A stretch of DNA of 64,000 nt. It comes from Bacteroidota bacterium. GTDB taxonomy: Bacteria; Bacteroidota; Bacteroidia; Bacteroidales; UBA7960. Positions within the stretch are counted from its first letter, which is position 1. Each line of letters begins with the position of its first letter. The DNA is taken from NCBI GenBank assembly GCA_007693555.1, contig REDJ01000102.1:23893-87892 (forward strand), written 5' to 3'. Below, piece by piece: positions 1 to 10,072 of the stretch. The notes under the pieces are model-generated. The model was not told where the DNA came from. It made no database searches and worked only from the letters and a program-made list of their open reading frames with translations. The position numbers and the translations under genes were made by a program.

Positions 1-674
1 CGGGTATAATTGCAAGGATACTCACTCCCCGTCTTGGGTTGCAATCATACCTGGTGCAGGGAGCACGAAAAAGCAAGTCAAGGATCAGGGCTATTCTTTT
101 TCAGCCTCTTACCCTGCTGGATATGGTAGTGTATCACAAAGAAAAATCAGGGTTGCAGCGCATAAAGGAGGCACGTTGCTCCCATCCTTTTCACACCCTG
201 GCCACTGATATACGAAAAACAACCCTCGCCATATTTATTTGCGAAATGCTTATGAATGCTTTCAAACATCAGGAACCACAGAAGGAAGCCTTTGATTTCA
301 TCTTTCATGCCGCTCAAAAGCTTGACAGTGAAGAAGATAATCTGTCTGTTTTTCACATGGTATTTCTGTTGCAGTTGAGCAAATTCCTTGGGTTTTCACC
401 GGGTAAAAACTACTCCGATCTCAAATGTTTTTTCAACCTGAAGGAAGGTATGTACCAGTCGCAATACGATAATGCGGTCCTTTGCCTTACCCGCGAAGAA
501 AGCAATTATTTTTTCCGGTTATCGGGAGTCAATCTGCAGGATACATCCAAACTGGCCATACCAGCTGCCATGCGTAAAATTCTGCTGCAAAAAACCATTG
601 ACTTTTACCGTTACCACATGGAAGGATTTAAAGAGATAAAATCGCATCGTATATTGGAGAGTGTTTTTCATTGA
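1..674 (+). CDS. recO: DNA repair protein RecO (5'-truncated by the window edge)
   Basis: The frame is open from position 3 (GIIARILTPRLGLQSYLVQGARKSKSRIRAILFQPLTLLDMVVYHKE...). This is typical of the RecO OB-fold to helical region, and the listed ORF Met at 39 is internal. Confidence 0.8.
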   Translation, partial: GIIARILTPRLGLQSYLVQGARKSKSRIRAILFQPLTLLDMVVYHKEKSGLQRIKEARCSHPFHTLATDIRKTTLAIFICEMLMNAFKHQEPQKEAFDFIFHAAQKLDSEEDNLSVFHMVFLLQLSKFLGFSPGKNYSDLKCFFNLKEGMYQSQYDNAVLCLTREESNYFFRLSGVNLQDTSKLAIPAAMRKILLQKTIDFYRYHMEGFKEIKSHRILESVFH

Positions 675-684
675 TTTGATTTAT

Positions 685-692
685 TAAATTTG
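685..692 (+). promoter_or_regulatory. Bacteroidota sigma-A -7-like motif TAAATTTG upstream of the GT2 gene
   Basis: Exact match to the TAnnTTTG consensus, 60 nt upstream of the ATG at 752. Confidence 0.3.
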
Positions 693-751
693 CAGGGATA
701 ATATACAAAAGGATTTTTAATCAAATATCCATTCAATATAAAAATTAACCC

Positions 752-1696
752 ATGCATCAAGCCAAGGTAATTAGTATTGTAATCTCAGTATTTAATGAAG
801 ATAAAAACCTGTCAGAACTATATAAAGTTTTAGCAGATACTGTTTCTGACTTGCCATATAGTTTTGAATTTTTATTTGTTAATGATGGCAGTACTGATAA
901 TTCCTTCACTATTTTAAGTGAATTACTACAAAAAGACCAGAGGGTAAAGATTGTAAATCTTGGAAAAAACTTTGGACATGAAATTGCCATGACTGCAGGG
1001 ATGGATCATGCACGTGGTGATTGTATTATTTTTATGGATGCAGACCTGCAGCATCCTCCTTCCCTTATTCCCGATATGCTTGATAAATGGAGTAATGGCA
1101 TTGACCTTGTTCTTACTTTAAGAAAGGATAATAAGGATAAGGGCTTTTCAAGCAAAGTTATAAATAAGGTTTTTTATGCATTAATCAACACATTATCTGA
1201 TGATAAGATACCTGCCAATATGCCCGACTTCAGGCTTATTGATAAAAAATATATAGAAGTGCTTAAAGGAATGCGCGAGCAAAAGCGACTGTTCAGGGGA
1301 CTTATCAATTGGATGGGCATAAAAAACCATGCGGTAATTGAATTTGAAGCACCAAAACGATATGCTGGCAAGACCAAATACAATGTAAGGAAATTGATAT
1401 CTCTCGCTTTAGACTCTATCATTTCATTTTCTATTAAACCCCTTCGTATTGCCAGCTATTTTGGCATATTTACAGCACTGCTTGCCATTTTGCTGGGTAT
1501 CTATTTTGTTTTTGAATTTCTAAATAACCCTGATTATACTTTCAGCGGTTTTGGAACTACACTGGTTATGGTAGTACTTATGGGTTCTGTGCAGTTGGTT
1601 GTTCTGGGAATAATTGGTGAATACATTGGCAGAATACATCTGGAATCAAAAAAAAGACCCTTGTATTTTGCTGACTTCATAGAACGGAAATCTTAA
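752..1696 (+). CDS. Family 2 glycosyltransferase, polyprenol-phosphate sugar synthase type (GtrB/ArnC-like) with C-terminal TM helices
   Basis: N-terminal 'ISIVISVFNEDKNL', 'VNDGSTDNS' and a DxD-like 'FMDADLQHPP'. Two hydrophobic helices lie near the C-terminus (IASYFGIFTALLAILLGIYF, TLVMVVLMGSVQLVVLGIIG). Confidence 0.85.
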   Translation: MHQAKVISIVISVFNEDKNLSELYKVLADTVSDLPYSFEFLFVNDGSTDNSFTILSELLQKDQRVKIVNLGKNFGHEIAMTAGMDHARGDCIIFMDADLQHPPSLIPDMLDKWSNGIDLVLTLRKDNKDKGFSSKVINKVFYALINTLSDDKIPANMPDFRLIDKKYIEVLKGMREQKRLFRGLINWMGIKNHAVIEFEAPKRYAGKTKYNVRKLISLALDSIISFSIKPLRIASYFGIFTALLAILLGIYFVFEFLNNPDYTFSGFGTTLVMVVLMGSVQLVVLGIIGEYIGRIHLESKKRPLYFADFIERKS

Positions 1697-1737
1697 CAAT
1701 CTCTCATTCATAGCTTACTGCAAAAAATCAAAAACCA

Positions 1738-4062
1738 ATGATATTTAAATCTGTTCAGTCACGGCAGTTAGGTTTAATAGTTACTATTGTCTCAGGCTTT
1801 TTCATATTGGTTGTTTTTTACCAGGGGCCGCTTTTAAACCCGAATACCACCTTTTTTGCAGCAGGTGGAGATGGATTAAAAGATTATTACAACACTGTAT
1901 ATTATGTAACACACGACAGCACGGTATTTCACTCTAAATCAATGAACTACCCGCACGGAGAGCATATTTTCTATACCGGTAATCAACCATCGATAAGTTT
2001 TATTCTGAAATTTATTCACAATGATATTGCAGATATCAGTGATAAGATTGTAGGGATTCTGAATCTGACAATGTTAATTTCACTTATTTTAGGTGCGGTT
2101 TTTTTATATTTACTTTTTGTACACTTCAAACTCCCTGTTTTTTACAGTGTTATTATAAGTATAGGAATTACTTTTCTATCTCCCCAACTGGCACGTATGC
2201 CAGGCCATTTTTCATTATCCTATGTTTTTGCCATTCCGGCCATGCTTTACCTGATAGCTAAATTTGATCAAAGAAACCGATATTATATCAGTATAATCAT
2301 CGGACTTTTTATTTTGTGGGCATTGGGTACACATATTTATATGCTTGGATTTCATGCTTCCATTGTTGTTTTTTACTGGTTCTGGAAATTTGCATTTGTC
2401 AATGGAAGCATTAAATCAAAGGAAAACTACTTTCATCTCGCATTACAGTTTATCATCCCTTTGGCTGTTTTTTTCAGCATAAATTTATTAACGGATCATA
2501 TTACTGACAGAACAGCTTACCCCTGGGGCTTTTTATATTACAGAGCCTACCCCGAAAGTATATTTTTACCTATAGGTAAATCTTATGGGCAGTTTCTTTA
2601 TCAATTTTCAAATTTTAAACACATTGACTGGGAAGGATTTGCCTATGTAGGTTTGACTGCAACCCTGGGGTTTTTTACAGCCGTTGTATTATTTTTCAAG
2701 TATTTATTCCAACTGAAGATAAATCGTATTCTAAATCCTGCTGAAAACAATATTCTCAATATTTTTTTCTGGGCTTCGTTTTTCACACTTTTATACTCCT
2801 TCGGTCTTCCCTTTATTATTGGCGGCCTTGATCGCCTGGTGCATTATATTGGTCCTTTAAAACAAATGCGGGGAATTGCAAGATTTTCATGGTTATTCTT
2901 TTATGTAATTAATATTTACGTTTTTTATCATATATGGAATTTAAAAGATCGTGGCTTAAATAAATATATATGGTATGCTTTGGTAATAACAGCTACCACC
3001 TTTTTATACTATGATGCATATCTTAATGTTAAATTTTGGTCAAAATTTGTGGATAACCGAATACCTGCACTCACTGATCATAAGAACGAAACAGAAGAAA
3101 ACCAATGGTATCATATGATCGATAGCCGTGATTATCAGGCTGCAATTCCAATTCCTTATTTTCATATTGGATCAGAAAATACCTGGATTGAAGCCGAATG
3201 TGGAATTACCAAACCTACATATATTGTTTCATGGAAAACCGGGTTACCAACAATGGGGGTAAAATTAAGTCGTACATCTATCTCACAATCATACGAAAAC
3301 ATTGAACTTTTTATCGAACCCTACCGAAGACCTGCTATCCTTGATAAGCTGATCCCTGGTAAAAGTTTCCTGATAATTACCCGCGACGATTGCACCAATA
3401 TTCCCCAAATACAACAAAAACTGATTGACAGCTCTATAGCTTTGTATCAGTCCACTGAATTCAGTCTTTATGAATGCCCATGGGATAGCCTGGTAAGTGT
3501 CCACGATAATCTCTTCTATGCAATTTTTTCAGAATTAAATAAGAAAGACCTTTTTGAACATGGATCATACCTTTCCGACCATACAGTCATGAATTTCCAA
3601 ATTGAGAACTTTTCTGAAAACCCGGGCGATAATTATTATTTACTGCCAGGAAGTTTTACCGGCAAACTTAGAAAAGGAAACTGGATTTATCACAAAGATA
3701 TCCCTGAAATGAAAATTGATGAAGATTATATCATATCATTTTGGGTAAATGGCCTGCACAAAGATCTTTTCATGCGCTCACACCTGGAGTTGCAACTAAG
3801 AGACTCTTTAAATCATGGACATGATGAATGGAGGTCTCAGCTATTTCGAATTGCAAAGGTATTTGATGGCGACTGGGTATTGATCGAAATGAACTTCTCA
3901 TTTAAGAATTCTGGTGATATGATTCGCTGGCGCATAACAAACAACGATTTAAGAAAATCTGATTACACAGTCAATCATGTCTTGGTAAGGCCTGCCCACA
4001 CAAATATTTACAGAAAGGAGAATGGATGGTTTATGAAAAACAACCGGTTTTATATACCATAA
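1738..4062 (+). CDS. Large polytopic membrane protein (about 12 TM N-terminal half plus about 330-aa soluble C-terminal domain); possible GT-C-like transferase, function unknown
   Basis: 774-aa ORF starting 42 nt after the GT2 gene. It has many hydrophobic segments up to about residue 440, followed by a hydrophilic C-terminal domain. I recognise no family with certainty. Confidence 0.6.
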   Translation: MIFKSVQSRQLGLIVTIVSGFFILVVFYQGPLLNPNTTFFAAGGDGLKDYYNTVYYVTHDSTVFHSKSMNYPHGEHIFYTGNQPSISFILKFIHNDIADISDKIVGILNLTMLISLILGAVFLYLLFVHFKLPVFYSVIISIGITFLSPQLARMPGHFSLSYVFAIPAMLYLIAKFDQRNRYYISIIIGLFILWALGTHIYMLGFHASIVVFYWFWKFAFVNGSIKSKENYFHLALQFIIPLAVFFSINLLTDHITDRTAYPWGFLYYRAYPESIFLPIGKSYGQFLYQFSNFKHIDWEGFAYVGLTATLGFFTAVVLFFKYLFQLKINRILNPAENNILNIFFWASFFTLLYSFGLPFIIGGLDRLVHYIGPLKQMRGIARFSWLFFYVINIYVFYHIWNLKDRGLNKYIWYALVITATTFLYYDAYLNVKFWSKFVDNRIPALTDHKNETEENQWYHMIDSRDYQAAIPIPYFHIGSENTWIEAECGITKPTYIVSWKTGLPTMGVKLSRTSISQSYENIELFIEPYRRPAILDKLIPGKSFLIITRDDCTNIPQIQQKLIDSSIALYQSTEFSLYECPWDSLVSVHDNLFYAIFSELNKKDLFEHGSYLSDHTVMNFQIENFSENPGDNYYLLPGSFTGKLRKGNWIYHKDIPEMKIDEDYIISFWVNGLHKDLFMRSHLELQLRDSLNHGHDEWRSQLFRIAKVFDGDWVLIEMNFSFKNSGDMIRWRITNNDLRKSDYTVNHVLVRPAHTNIYRKENGWFMKNNRFYIP

Positions 4063-5375
4063 AGCAACAAAAATGAAGCACTCTCAGGAAAAGTAAAAAT
4101 GTGTAGCATATTATTCCAGTCCCAAGGTGAATCCCACCATAACCAGGTGCTGTATTTATAACTAAAGAGTATATTAAAGACCACAAAGAAAATTAACAAT
4201 ATTGTGGCTGAACCTTTCAAAAGTTTATGATGGCTATAATATACTTTATGGATGAAAAAGGCCAGAGGAATAGCCATAAAGGGCAGAAACTCGATCAATG
4301 CCCGGTAACCAACCGCTGCGCTAAATGTGGGCACCCACCAGCTTCCGTTTAGATAAACTATAATGGCCATAATTAACAATATAACAACTCCATTCAACTG
4401 TCTTTTCAATGCCAGGTAAATCAGTGACAGGGAAGCCATAAACATTAAAGGTGTGTAAATATACCAGCCGTTGCGAGCCCCAAAAAGTACAGTGGTGATG
4501 TGGGGGCTTAAAATGTGGGGAAAACCTTCACTTTGGTAAGAATACACAAACAGGGTTCCGGTAACTTTATACCAATATGCCATTTGTGGAACAAATACAA
4601 ATACCCCCACCATTAGCATCATAAGTATATATTTCCATTGGGTAGCCAGAAGTTTAATACGCTCTTTACTATCCTTCCATCCACTTATACCATAGAAAAC
4701 AAAATACAACCCTGCAATAAGATTGGTTGGCCTGATTAGGGTTGCCATGGCAAGGGGCAGAATCATTCTGAGGGTTGAGGCGAATCCCGGGTTTTTATAA
4801 AAATCCGGCACATAATAGATAAACATTGAAATAAGGGCAAAAGAATACACATGCGACATGCCCGGGCTAAAAATAGTATAATAATACAGATTGGTGGCAA
4901 AAAAAAGAAGTGCTGCAGTTACAAGTGATTCCATTTCAGGAAAAATCTTCTTCAGTGTTTTGTATACAAATACAAACCCCAGTGTGGCATAAAATAGTGC
5001 CGCAATAAATACAAAGGAAAAGTGGATGTTTGAATACCCATTTTGCGTATCTACCTGAAAAAAAAGTGCCGTAACCTGAGCTGCAAGGAAGAAGGGAGCC
5101 TGCATAATGGCAACACCACAGGTATAAATATTTAGTGTTTTGCCTTCCTCATAGGGTTTAGCGTAGGGAAGTCGCTCAAAATTATCCCAGTCATGTAAAA
5201 AAAAGTAGGGCAGATACTGGTAATATCCTTCCATATCCGAACCCATCACAAAATGCCTGATATTTACCGTTTTAATATTGCGATGTGCTATACTAGATAT
5301 GATTCCTGCCAAAACAAAGATTAGTGCAATCTGGGTAAGACGGCTTACAACAATAGTGCGGTTAATAATTTTCAT
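4050..5375 (-). CDS. Polytopic membrane protein, ArnT/PMT-like (GT-C fold) candidate glycosyltransferase
   Basis: 441-aa ORF that is hydrophobic throughout. Its first extracytoplasmic loop carries acidic and aromatic residues (GSDMEGYYQYLPYFFLHDWDNFERLPY), as in lipid-linked-sugar-dependent transferases. It sits downstream of a DPM1-like GT2 on the same strand. Confidence 0.5.
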   Translation of the reverse strand: MKIINRTIVVSRLTQIALIFVLAGIISSIAHRNIKTVNIRHFVMGSDMEGYYQYLPYFFLHDWDNFERLPYAKPYEEGKTLNIYTCGVAIMQAPFFLAAQVTALFFQVDTQNGYSNIHFSFVFIAALFYATLGFVFVYKTLKKIFPEMESLVTAALLFFATNLYYYTIFSPGMSHVYSFALISMFIYYVPDFYKNPGFASTLRMILPLAMATLIRPTNLIAGLYFVFYGISGWKDSKERIKLLATQWKYILMMLMVGVFVFVPQMAYWYKVTGTLFVYSYQSEGFPHILSPHITTVLFGARNGWYIYTPLMFMASLSLIYLALKRQLNGVVILLIMAIIVYLNGSWWVPTFSAAVGYRALIEFLPFMAIPLAFFIHKVYYSHHKLLKGSATILLIFFVVFNILFSYKYSTWLWWDSPWDWNNMLHIFTFPESASFLLLYGI

Positions 5376-5499
5376 CTGTTTATAATTTGATTAAATGAAC
5401 AGATGGAACTCGCCAGCGCCATTTATGATAGTTATCGTAAGCAGGCGTGATATAATCATACTCGTGTGAATCAATAACATTGTCATGCCCCGGTTCATC

Positions 5500-6209
5500 C
5501 TATTTACTCCAGATGTTATATTTTACAATACACCATAGGGCCCTGAAACCATCTTTCCAGTTTATTTTTTTCCCTTCATCGTAAGTACGGCCATAGTAAG
5601 ATATCCCTACTTCATATATCCTGATGCCCGGGTACCTTGAGACCTTGCTGTAACCTCCGGTTCAAATCCAAACCGTCTCTCATTCAGCTTCAGGCTTTTC
5701 AATACCGGCGCTTTGAAAAACTTATAGCAGGTTTCCATGTCTGTGAGGTTTAGGTTTGTGAACATGTTGGAAAGAAAAGTGAGAAACCTGTTTCCTATAG
5801 TATGCCAGAAAAATAAAATCCGATGGGGATTTGAACCAATAAACCGCGATCCGTAAACCACATCTGCATTGCCTTCGAGTATCGGCTTGAGAAGATCACT
5901 ATATTCACGGGGGTCGTATTCAAGATCTGCATCCTGAATGATGATATAATCGCCAATGGCTTCTTTAATCCCCCGGTGAAGGACAGCCCCCTTTCCCATA
6001 TTTTTTTCCTGATTGTATATCCGGATATCTGAACTGTGATGATCTTTTAAAAAACCTTCCAGCACCGCTATAGTGTTATCTCTGCTACAGTCATTCACGA
6101 TTACAAGTTCCTTTTCAATCCCATCAAGTTCCACGGAAAGAATTCTTTTCAAAATTTCGGTGATGGTTTTTTCTTCATTAAACACAGGGATAACAACAGA
6201 AAGCTTCAT
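5500..6209 (-). pseudogene. Family 2 glycosyltransferase (DPM1/Ppm1-like, soluble) interrupted by a -1 nt frameshift near 5645
   Basis: The listed 200-aa ORF (5607..6209) ends '...[21 protein letters not shown]'. Shifting one base at 5644-5648 (plus-strand cttgc) gives '[48 protein letters not shown]', ending at 5500. I recognise this as the usual C-terminus of this GT2 family. Confidence 0.75.
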
Positions 6210-6241
6210 AATTTAATTTATTGCAAGTTAAATTTGGAATA

Positions 6242-9200
6242 TTAAAATGCAGGACGTAATACCTGAACTTTCCTGGTAAAAATTTCTTTAACTGTAAAGA
6301 TACGTACTAGATAAATACCTGTGTTAAAATTAAATAAATTAAGTTTATGATTATTGCATGTACAATCATACTCATAAAGCAACCGTCCTGAAAGATCATG
6401 AAGTTGAATGAGGTTAATTTCATTTTCAGATGCGACGAAAAGAGCATCTGATGCAGGATTGGGATAGACCACAACCGAATTATTATCACCAAATAACCAG
6501 GGAGCATAAGCAAAAGAAGCTCTCAGCTCATGATTTTTATATGGGCTTTCAAACAAATAGGTGCCATAAAAATTATCTATGATTTCCACATCATCAAGTA
6601 TACTGACTCCATCCAGCCAAACGTTTTCTATGATATGGTTTGCATTGGGAACAACTAAAAACTCTTTTCTGGAACAGCAACTTATATTCATAATACCTGA
6701 TGGAAAGATCTGTCCATTATCCTCAGCAAGGCTTTTAAGAGTATATGCCATACAGACTACCCCATCAAGGGTGATATTGTTAAATATTACCCGCTTTTCA
6801 TTCTGAGCCCAAGGATTATCTGAAATAAACCTTATGCGTACCTTAAGGTGGGGGTTGTCGTAGGTGGCTTCCACATTACTGAGGTCAAGCTCTACAAGCT
6901 GGTACTGATCTGTAAGAGGGATAGTATTGGAGTTGCGTAATGATTGCCAGCTAATTTCTTCTGTAGTTGAATAATCAATCAGCAGCCCCTTTGCGGCTCC
7001 CTCATCTTTGACAGCAAAACGCAAAATCGGATCCTTAATATCAGGAGTTGGCAAGTGCAGCAACAGTGAACTCACATTATCGCCAAAAGCTAGGGGTTGC
7101 TTTATTTGTATGGCTCGCATCGCAGATTCATTGTACGGTAAGTCATTGTTACCTGCCGGACGGTAGTTTAAGGGTGTGGGTTCGTTACGCCGTTCCATAG
7201 AGCCCATTCGCCAATACTGGTGTCCTTCATAATAAGGGTAATCGGGCATACATGATATAAAATCTATTTTTGCACCACCAGCAATACTATAGTGTGGTTG
7301 TATTTCTTCAAGAGGCATATCATTAGCAAGCTGATTATCGAGCAACCAGTAATATACAAGCAATTCTTCACCGGTGGTAACAAAATGAGCAGTAACACTA
7401 AAATCACCCTCAGGATTCACAGAAAGTATGCTATCGTTGCTTGCATAATCTCCATCCCAGTGGCTAAACCTGTAGCCTTTAGCAGGTAACGCCACCAGTT
7501 CTATTGGCACTCCTTTGAAATAGTAACCTCTCCACGGGAATGGGTTTACATCTACTCCTGGTGTATCACCATGAATCTCTATAGAATTTACTTTTATATG
7601 TCCATGATATGGGTGTGATACATTTGCATTTATAACAACTTTACTATCAAGTTCAAAAAAGTCTGTCAAATGTTCTCTTATATAATTGTGCCTGTTGATA
7701 GCGAACTCCCTCATTACATTAACTTTAGCATCCCATGTCTCCAAATTTTCCCAATTTGACCAGCGCTGAAAATGTTCTTCCATTGCAGGAGTAATTGTAC
7801 TTTTCATCTCTTCAATAGTCTGAAGAACATATTGATGATGAAAACAAGTATTGAGTAAATCTGCAAAACGAATAATAAATTTATGTTTAAACTGTTCGTT
7901 TTCGAGGAAGCTTCTAAGCATAAATGTTGACCAATCAGGATTGGGCCAATTCTGTAAACCTACAGCGGTTGCAAACTCAAGGGTATTATGTTTATAAGAC
8001 TTTGGTTCACCAACAAGACCAAAACCAAAATCTGTATCGTACAACAACCAACGCCACCGGCCATCATGTCCATAAGGAGCATCAGGGGTGAATTGCTCGG
8101 TTCTTTTACGCCAATAATCTATATTGTTACCTGGCCAATCAGTATTCCGCAGGTAAATATTGGCTATTTGGTAATCCATAAAGCTTTTCTCATCAATTCT
8201 GGTAAGGATATATTGATAATTCTGATCATCACTTAAACTATTCTCCTCTATAAAATCAAGAGTTTGATTATAATGTACATTATCACCTTCTATAGGATCA
8301 TTGCGCATGGTTAACAAATCAATACTATCGGAATGTAATCCATAAACTCTTTCCAGATAATGTTTGTCATATCTTTCCCTTATATTATGTAAACCCCAGT
8401 ATTCTCCGTTAATAAAAACAATTACAGGTTCATAGAGTTGAATGTCAAAGTGCAGATGATTTACCAACCTCTGACTCATTGCATCACGAAACATTGTTTG
8501 GGGATTTTCGCCTTGTCCCCAGTGAGTTGTTAGAAAGTCCTGACCCCCATTTCGCAATATCAGCCTTTTAAATTCATCATATTCAGACCCTTTAAAAAAG
8601 GGATAACCAAAAGTATTTTCCCCATAAACTCCCCTGGCATATAAACGCAGAGATTTCATCGGGAATGAACGCGTCCCTCCACCATGAATCCTTATCCCAA
8701 GTCCCTGGTTCAGAACACTGAAAGACTCATCTTCGGGAATAAACTCCATATTACCAAAATATTCATAATCAATACCACGACGATGAAAATTACCAGGGAA
8801 AGGCCATGAAAAAGGTTGGTCAGGAAAACTGACTCGCCAATCATCTGCATCAATACCAGGAGTATAAATTCCTTTCTCATAATCGAAAAAATAGTTTTCC
8901 TGAATGGCAATGGAGACCACCGGCAAGGGTATTCTGCTTCTGCCCTGTTGTGAGATAAAAAAGGTATGGCTCGCGGTTTGACTTGGCAGCATTCCTTCGC
9001 GGTATGCCTTTGCACCAATTACCGTACCTTTAAAAACCGGTTCTTCAGGAAAATAATTGGGTGTTTGAACCGTAGTAGCCTTATGGGTTAGTTTATCTTC
9101 AAATGGTGTTCGATCTACAATTTCAATGGGAGAAGAATAAACATTTGACATAAACTGGTTTACCAGGAGTTCACCATCTTCGGAATCTGGATAGAAAGCA

Positions 9201-9889
9201 TATTGATTTTTGTAGAAATAGGTTTTCCCGCTCAGATTGGCGGTAGTAGGATTAGAGCCATCTGTTGTGTAAATGATTATTGCTTCAGGATCAGAATGAG
9301 TCAATATAAGGTTAAAACTTTCTTCATAAAACCCTCCGTGATGAGAAAATTCAGGAGGAGGAAGTATACCATAAAACCCTTCTGTAACATTGGGTAATCC
9401 CGGTGTAGGTTCATCAAAATAAAACCAGTCTCCCGTACCATCAGGCTTGCGACCATAGGATATGTCTGTAGGTACAGCAATTGGATTTACAACATCAACC
9501 CAGTTACCCGAGGGGTGCACGAGCAGCAATTCTTCTCCGGAAGCATCAATACTAAAGTTGGTATGCAATACGCCTTGTTTACGATCTTTACCTGAAGCCC
9601 ATACCAGCAGATATTCACCGGGCCCTATTGCTATATCAGGAAAAACCCAGCGAAAGGGATTTGAAAAATCATCTGATAATCCCCAGCCTTCAAGATACAC
9701 AGGGTCATCACCATAATTATAGAGCTCTATCCAGTCTTCAAAATCACCATCTTCATCGCTGATGGTTGATGAGTTGGAAGCCATAAATTCGTTGATGGAA
9801 AGGGTTTGGGCATGCAAAACCAACTGCCAGGAAAGAATTATTGCAGCAAAAAAAATATATCGGTACAACTTAAATTGCAGTGATTTCAC
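6242..9889 (-). CDS. Secreted CotH kinase-family protein with an N-terminal lamin-tail domain and a T9SS C-terminal sorting domain
   Basis: Signal peptide (…LVLHAQ). LTD-like 'INEFMASNSSTISDEDGDFEDWIELYNYGDDPVYLEGWGLSD'. CotH-like 'VIVFINGEYWGLHNIRERYDKHYL' and 'WRWLLYDTDFGFG'. C-terminus 'VVVYPNPASDALFV...GIYLVRIFT'. Confidence 0.85.
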   Translation of the reverse strand: MKSLQFKLYRYIFFAAIILSWQLVLHAQTLSINEFMASNSSTISDEDGDFEDWIELYNYGDDPVYLEGWGLSDDFSNPFRWVFPDIAIGPGEYLLVWASGKDRKQGVLHTNFSIDASGEELLLVHPSGNWVDVVNPIAVPTDISYGRKPDGTGDWFYFDEPTPGLPNVTEGFYGILPPPEFSHHGGFYEESFNLILTHSDPEAIIIYTTDGSNPTTANLSGKTYFYKNQYAFYPDSEDGELLVNQFMSNVYSSPIEIVDRTPFEDKLTHKATTVQTPNYFPEEPVFKGTVIGAKAYREGMLPSQTASHTFFISQQGRSRIPLPVVSIAIQENYFFDYEKGIYTPGIDADDWRVSFPDQPFSWPFPGNFHRRGIDYEYFGNMEFIPEDESFSVLNQGLGIRIHGGGTRSFPMKSLRLYARGVYGENTFGYPFFKGSEYDEFKRLILRNGGQDFLTTHWGQGENPQTMFRDAMSQRLVNHLHFDIQLYEPVIVFINGEYWGLHNIRERYDKHYLERVYGLHSDSIDLLTMRNDPIEGDNVHYNQTLDFIEENSLSDDQNYQYILTRIDEKSFMDYQIANIYLRNTDWPGNNIDYWRKRTEQFTPDAPYGHDGRWRWLLYDTDFGFGLVGEPKSYKHNTLEFATAVGLQNWPNPDWSTFMLRSFLENEQFKHKFIIRFADLLNTCFHHQYVLQTIEEMKSTITPAMEEHFQRWSNWENLETWDAKVNVMREFAINRHNYIREHLTDFFELDSKVVINANVSHPYHGHIKVNSIEIHGDTPGVDVNPFPWRGYYFKGVPIELVALPAKGYRFSHWDGDYASNDSILSVNPEGDFSVTAHFVTTGEELLVYYWLLDNQLANDMPLEEIQPHYSIAGGAKIDFISCMPDYPYYEGHQYWRMGSMERRNEPTPLNYRPAGNNDLPYNESAMRAIQIKQPLAFGDNVSSLLLHLPTPDIKDPILRFAVKDEGAAKGLLIDYSTTEEISWQSLRNSNTIPLTDQYQLVELDLSNVEATYDNPHLKVRIRFISDNPWAQNEKRVIFNNITLDGVVCMAYTLKSLAEDNGQIFPSGIMNISCCSRKEFLVVPNANHIIENVWLDGVSILDDVEIIDNFYGTYLFESPYKNHELRASFAYAPWLFGDNNSVVVYPNPASDALFVASENEINLIQLHDLSGRLLYEYDCTCNNHKLNLFNFNTGIYLVRIFTVKEIFTRKVQVLRPAF

Positions 9890-9953
9890 TCCGGATGATT
9901 TTGCGAATGGTTATGCACCAATTCCCCCAGTAAGATAGTTTGATCCATTCCTG

Positions 9954-9961
9954 CAAAAATA
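9954..9961 (-). promoter_or_regulatory. TAnnTTTG -7-like motif (TATTTTTG on the minus strand) upstream of the CotH gene
   Basis: Plus-strand caaaaata; 65 nt upstream of the start codon at 9889. Confidence 0.25.
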
Positions 9962-10005
9962 AACAATTAATACATAACTTCATATCTGGCAGTTAATATG
10001 TGTAT

Positions 10006-10047
10006 TTGAAAAAATAAGCCCCGGAAGTTTATGTTGCACCCGGGGCT
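10006..10047 (-). terminator. Rho-independent terminator after the beta-helix gene
   Basis: Perfect 9-bp stem aagccccgg / ccggggctt, followed on the minus strand by a T-run (plus-strand gaaaaaat). Confidence 0.6.
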
Positions 10048-10072
10048 TAATGTTGAAGTTTTAATGATAATA

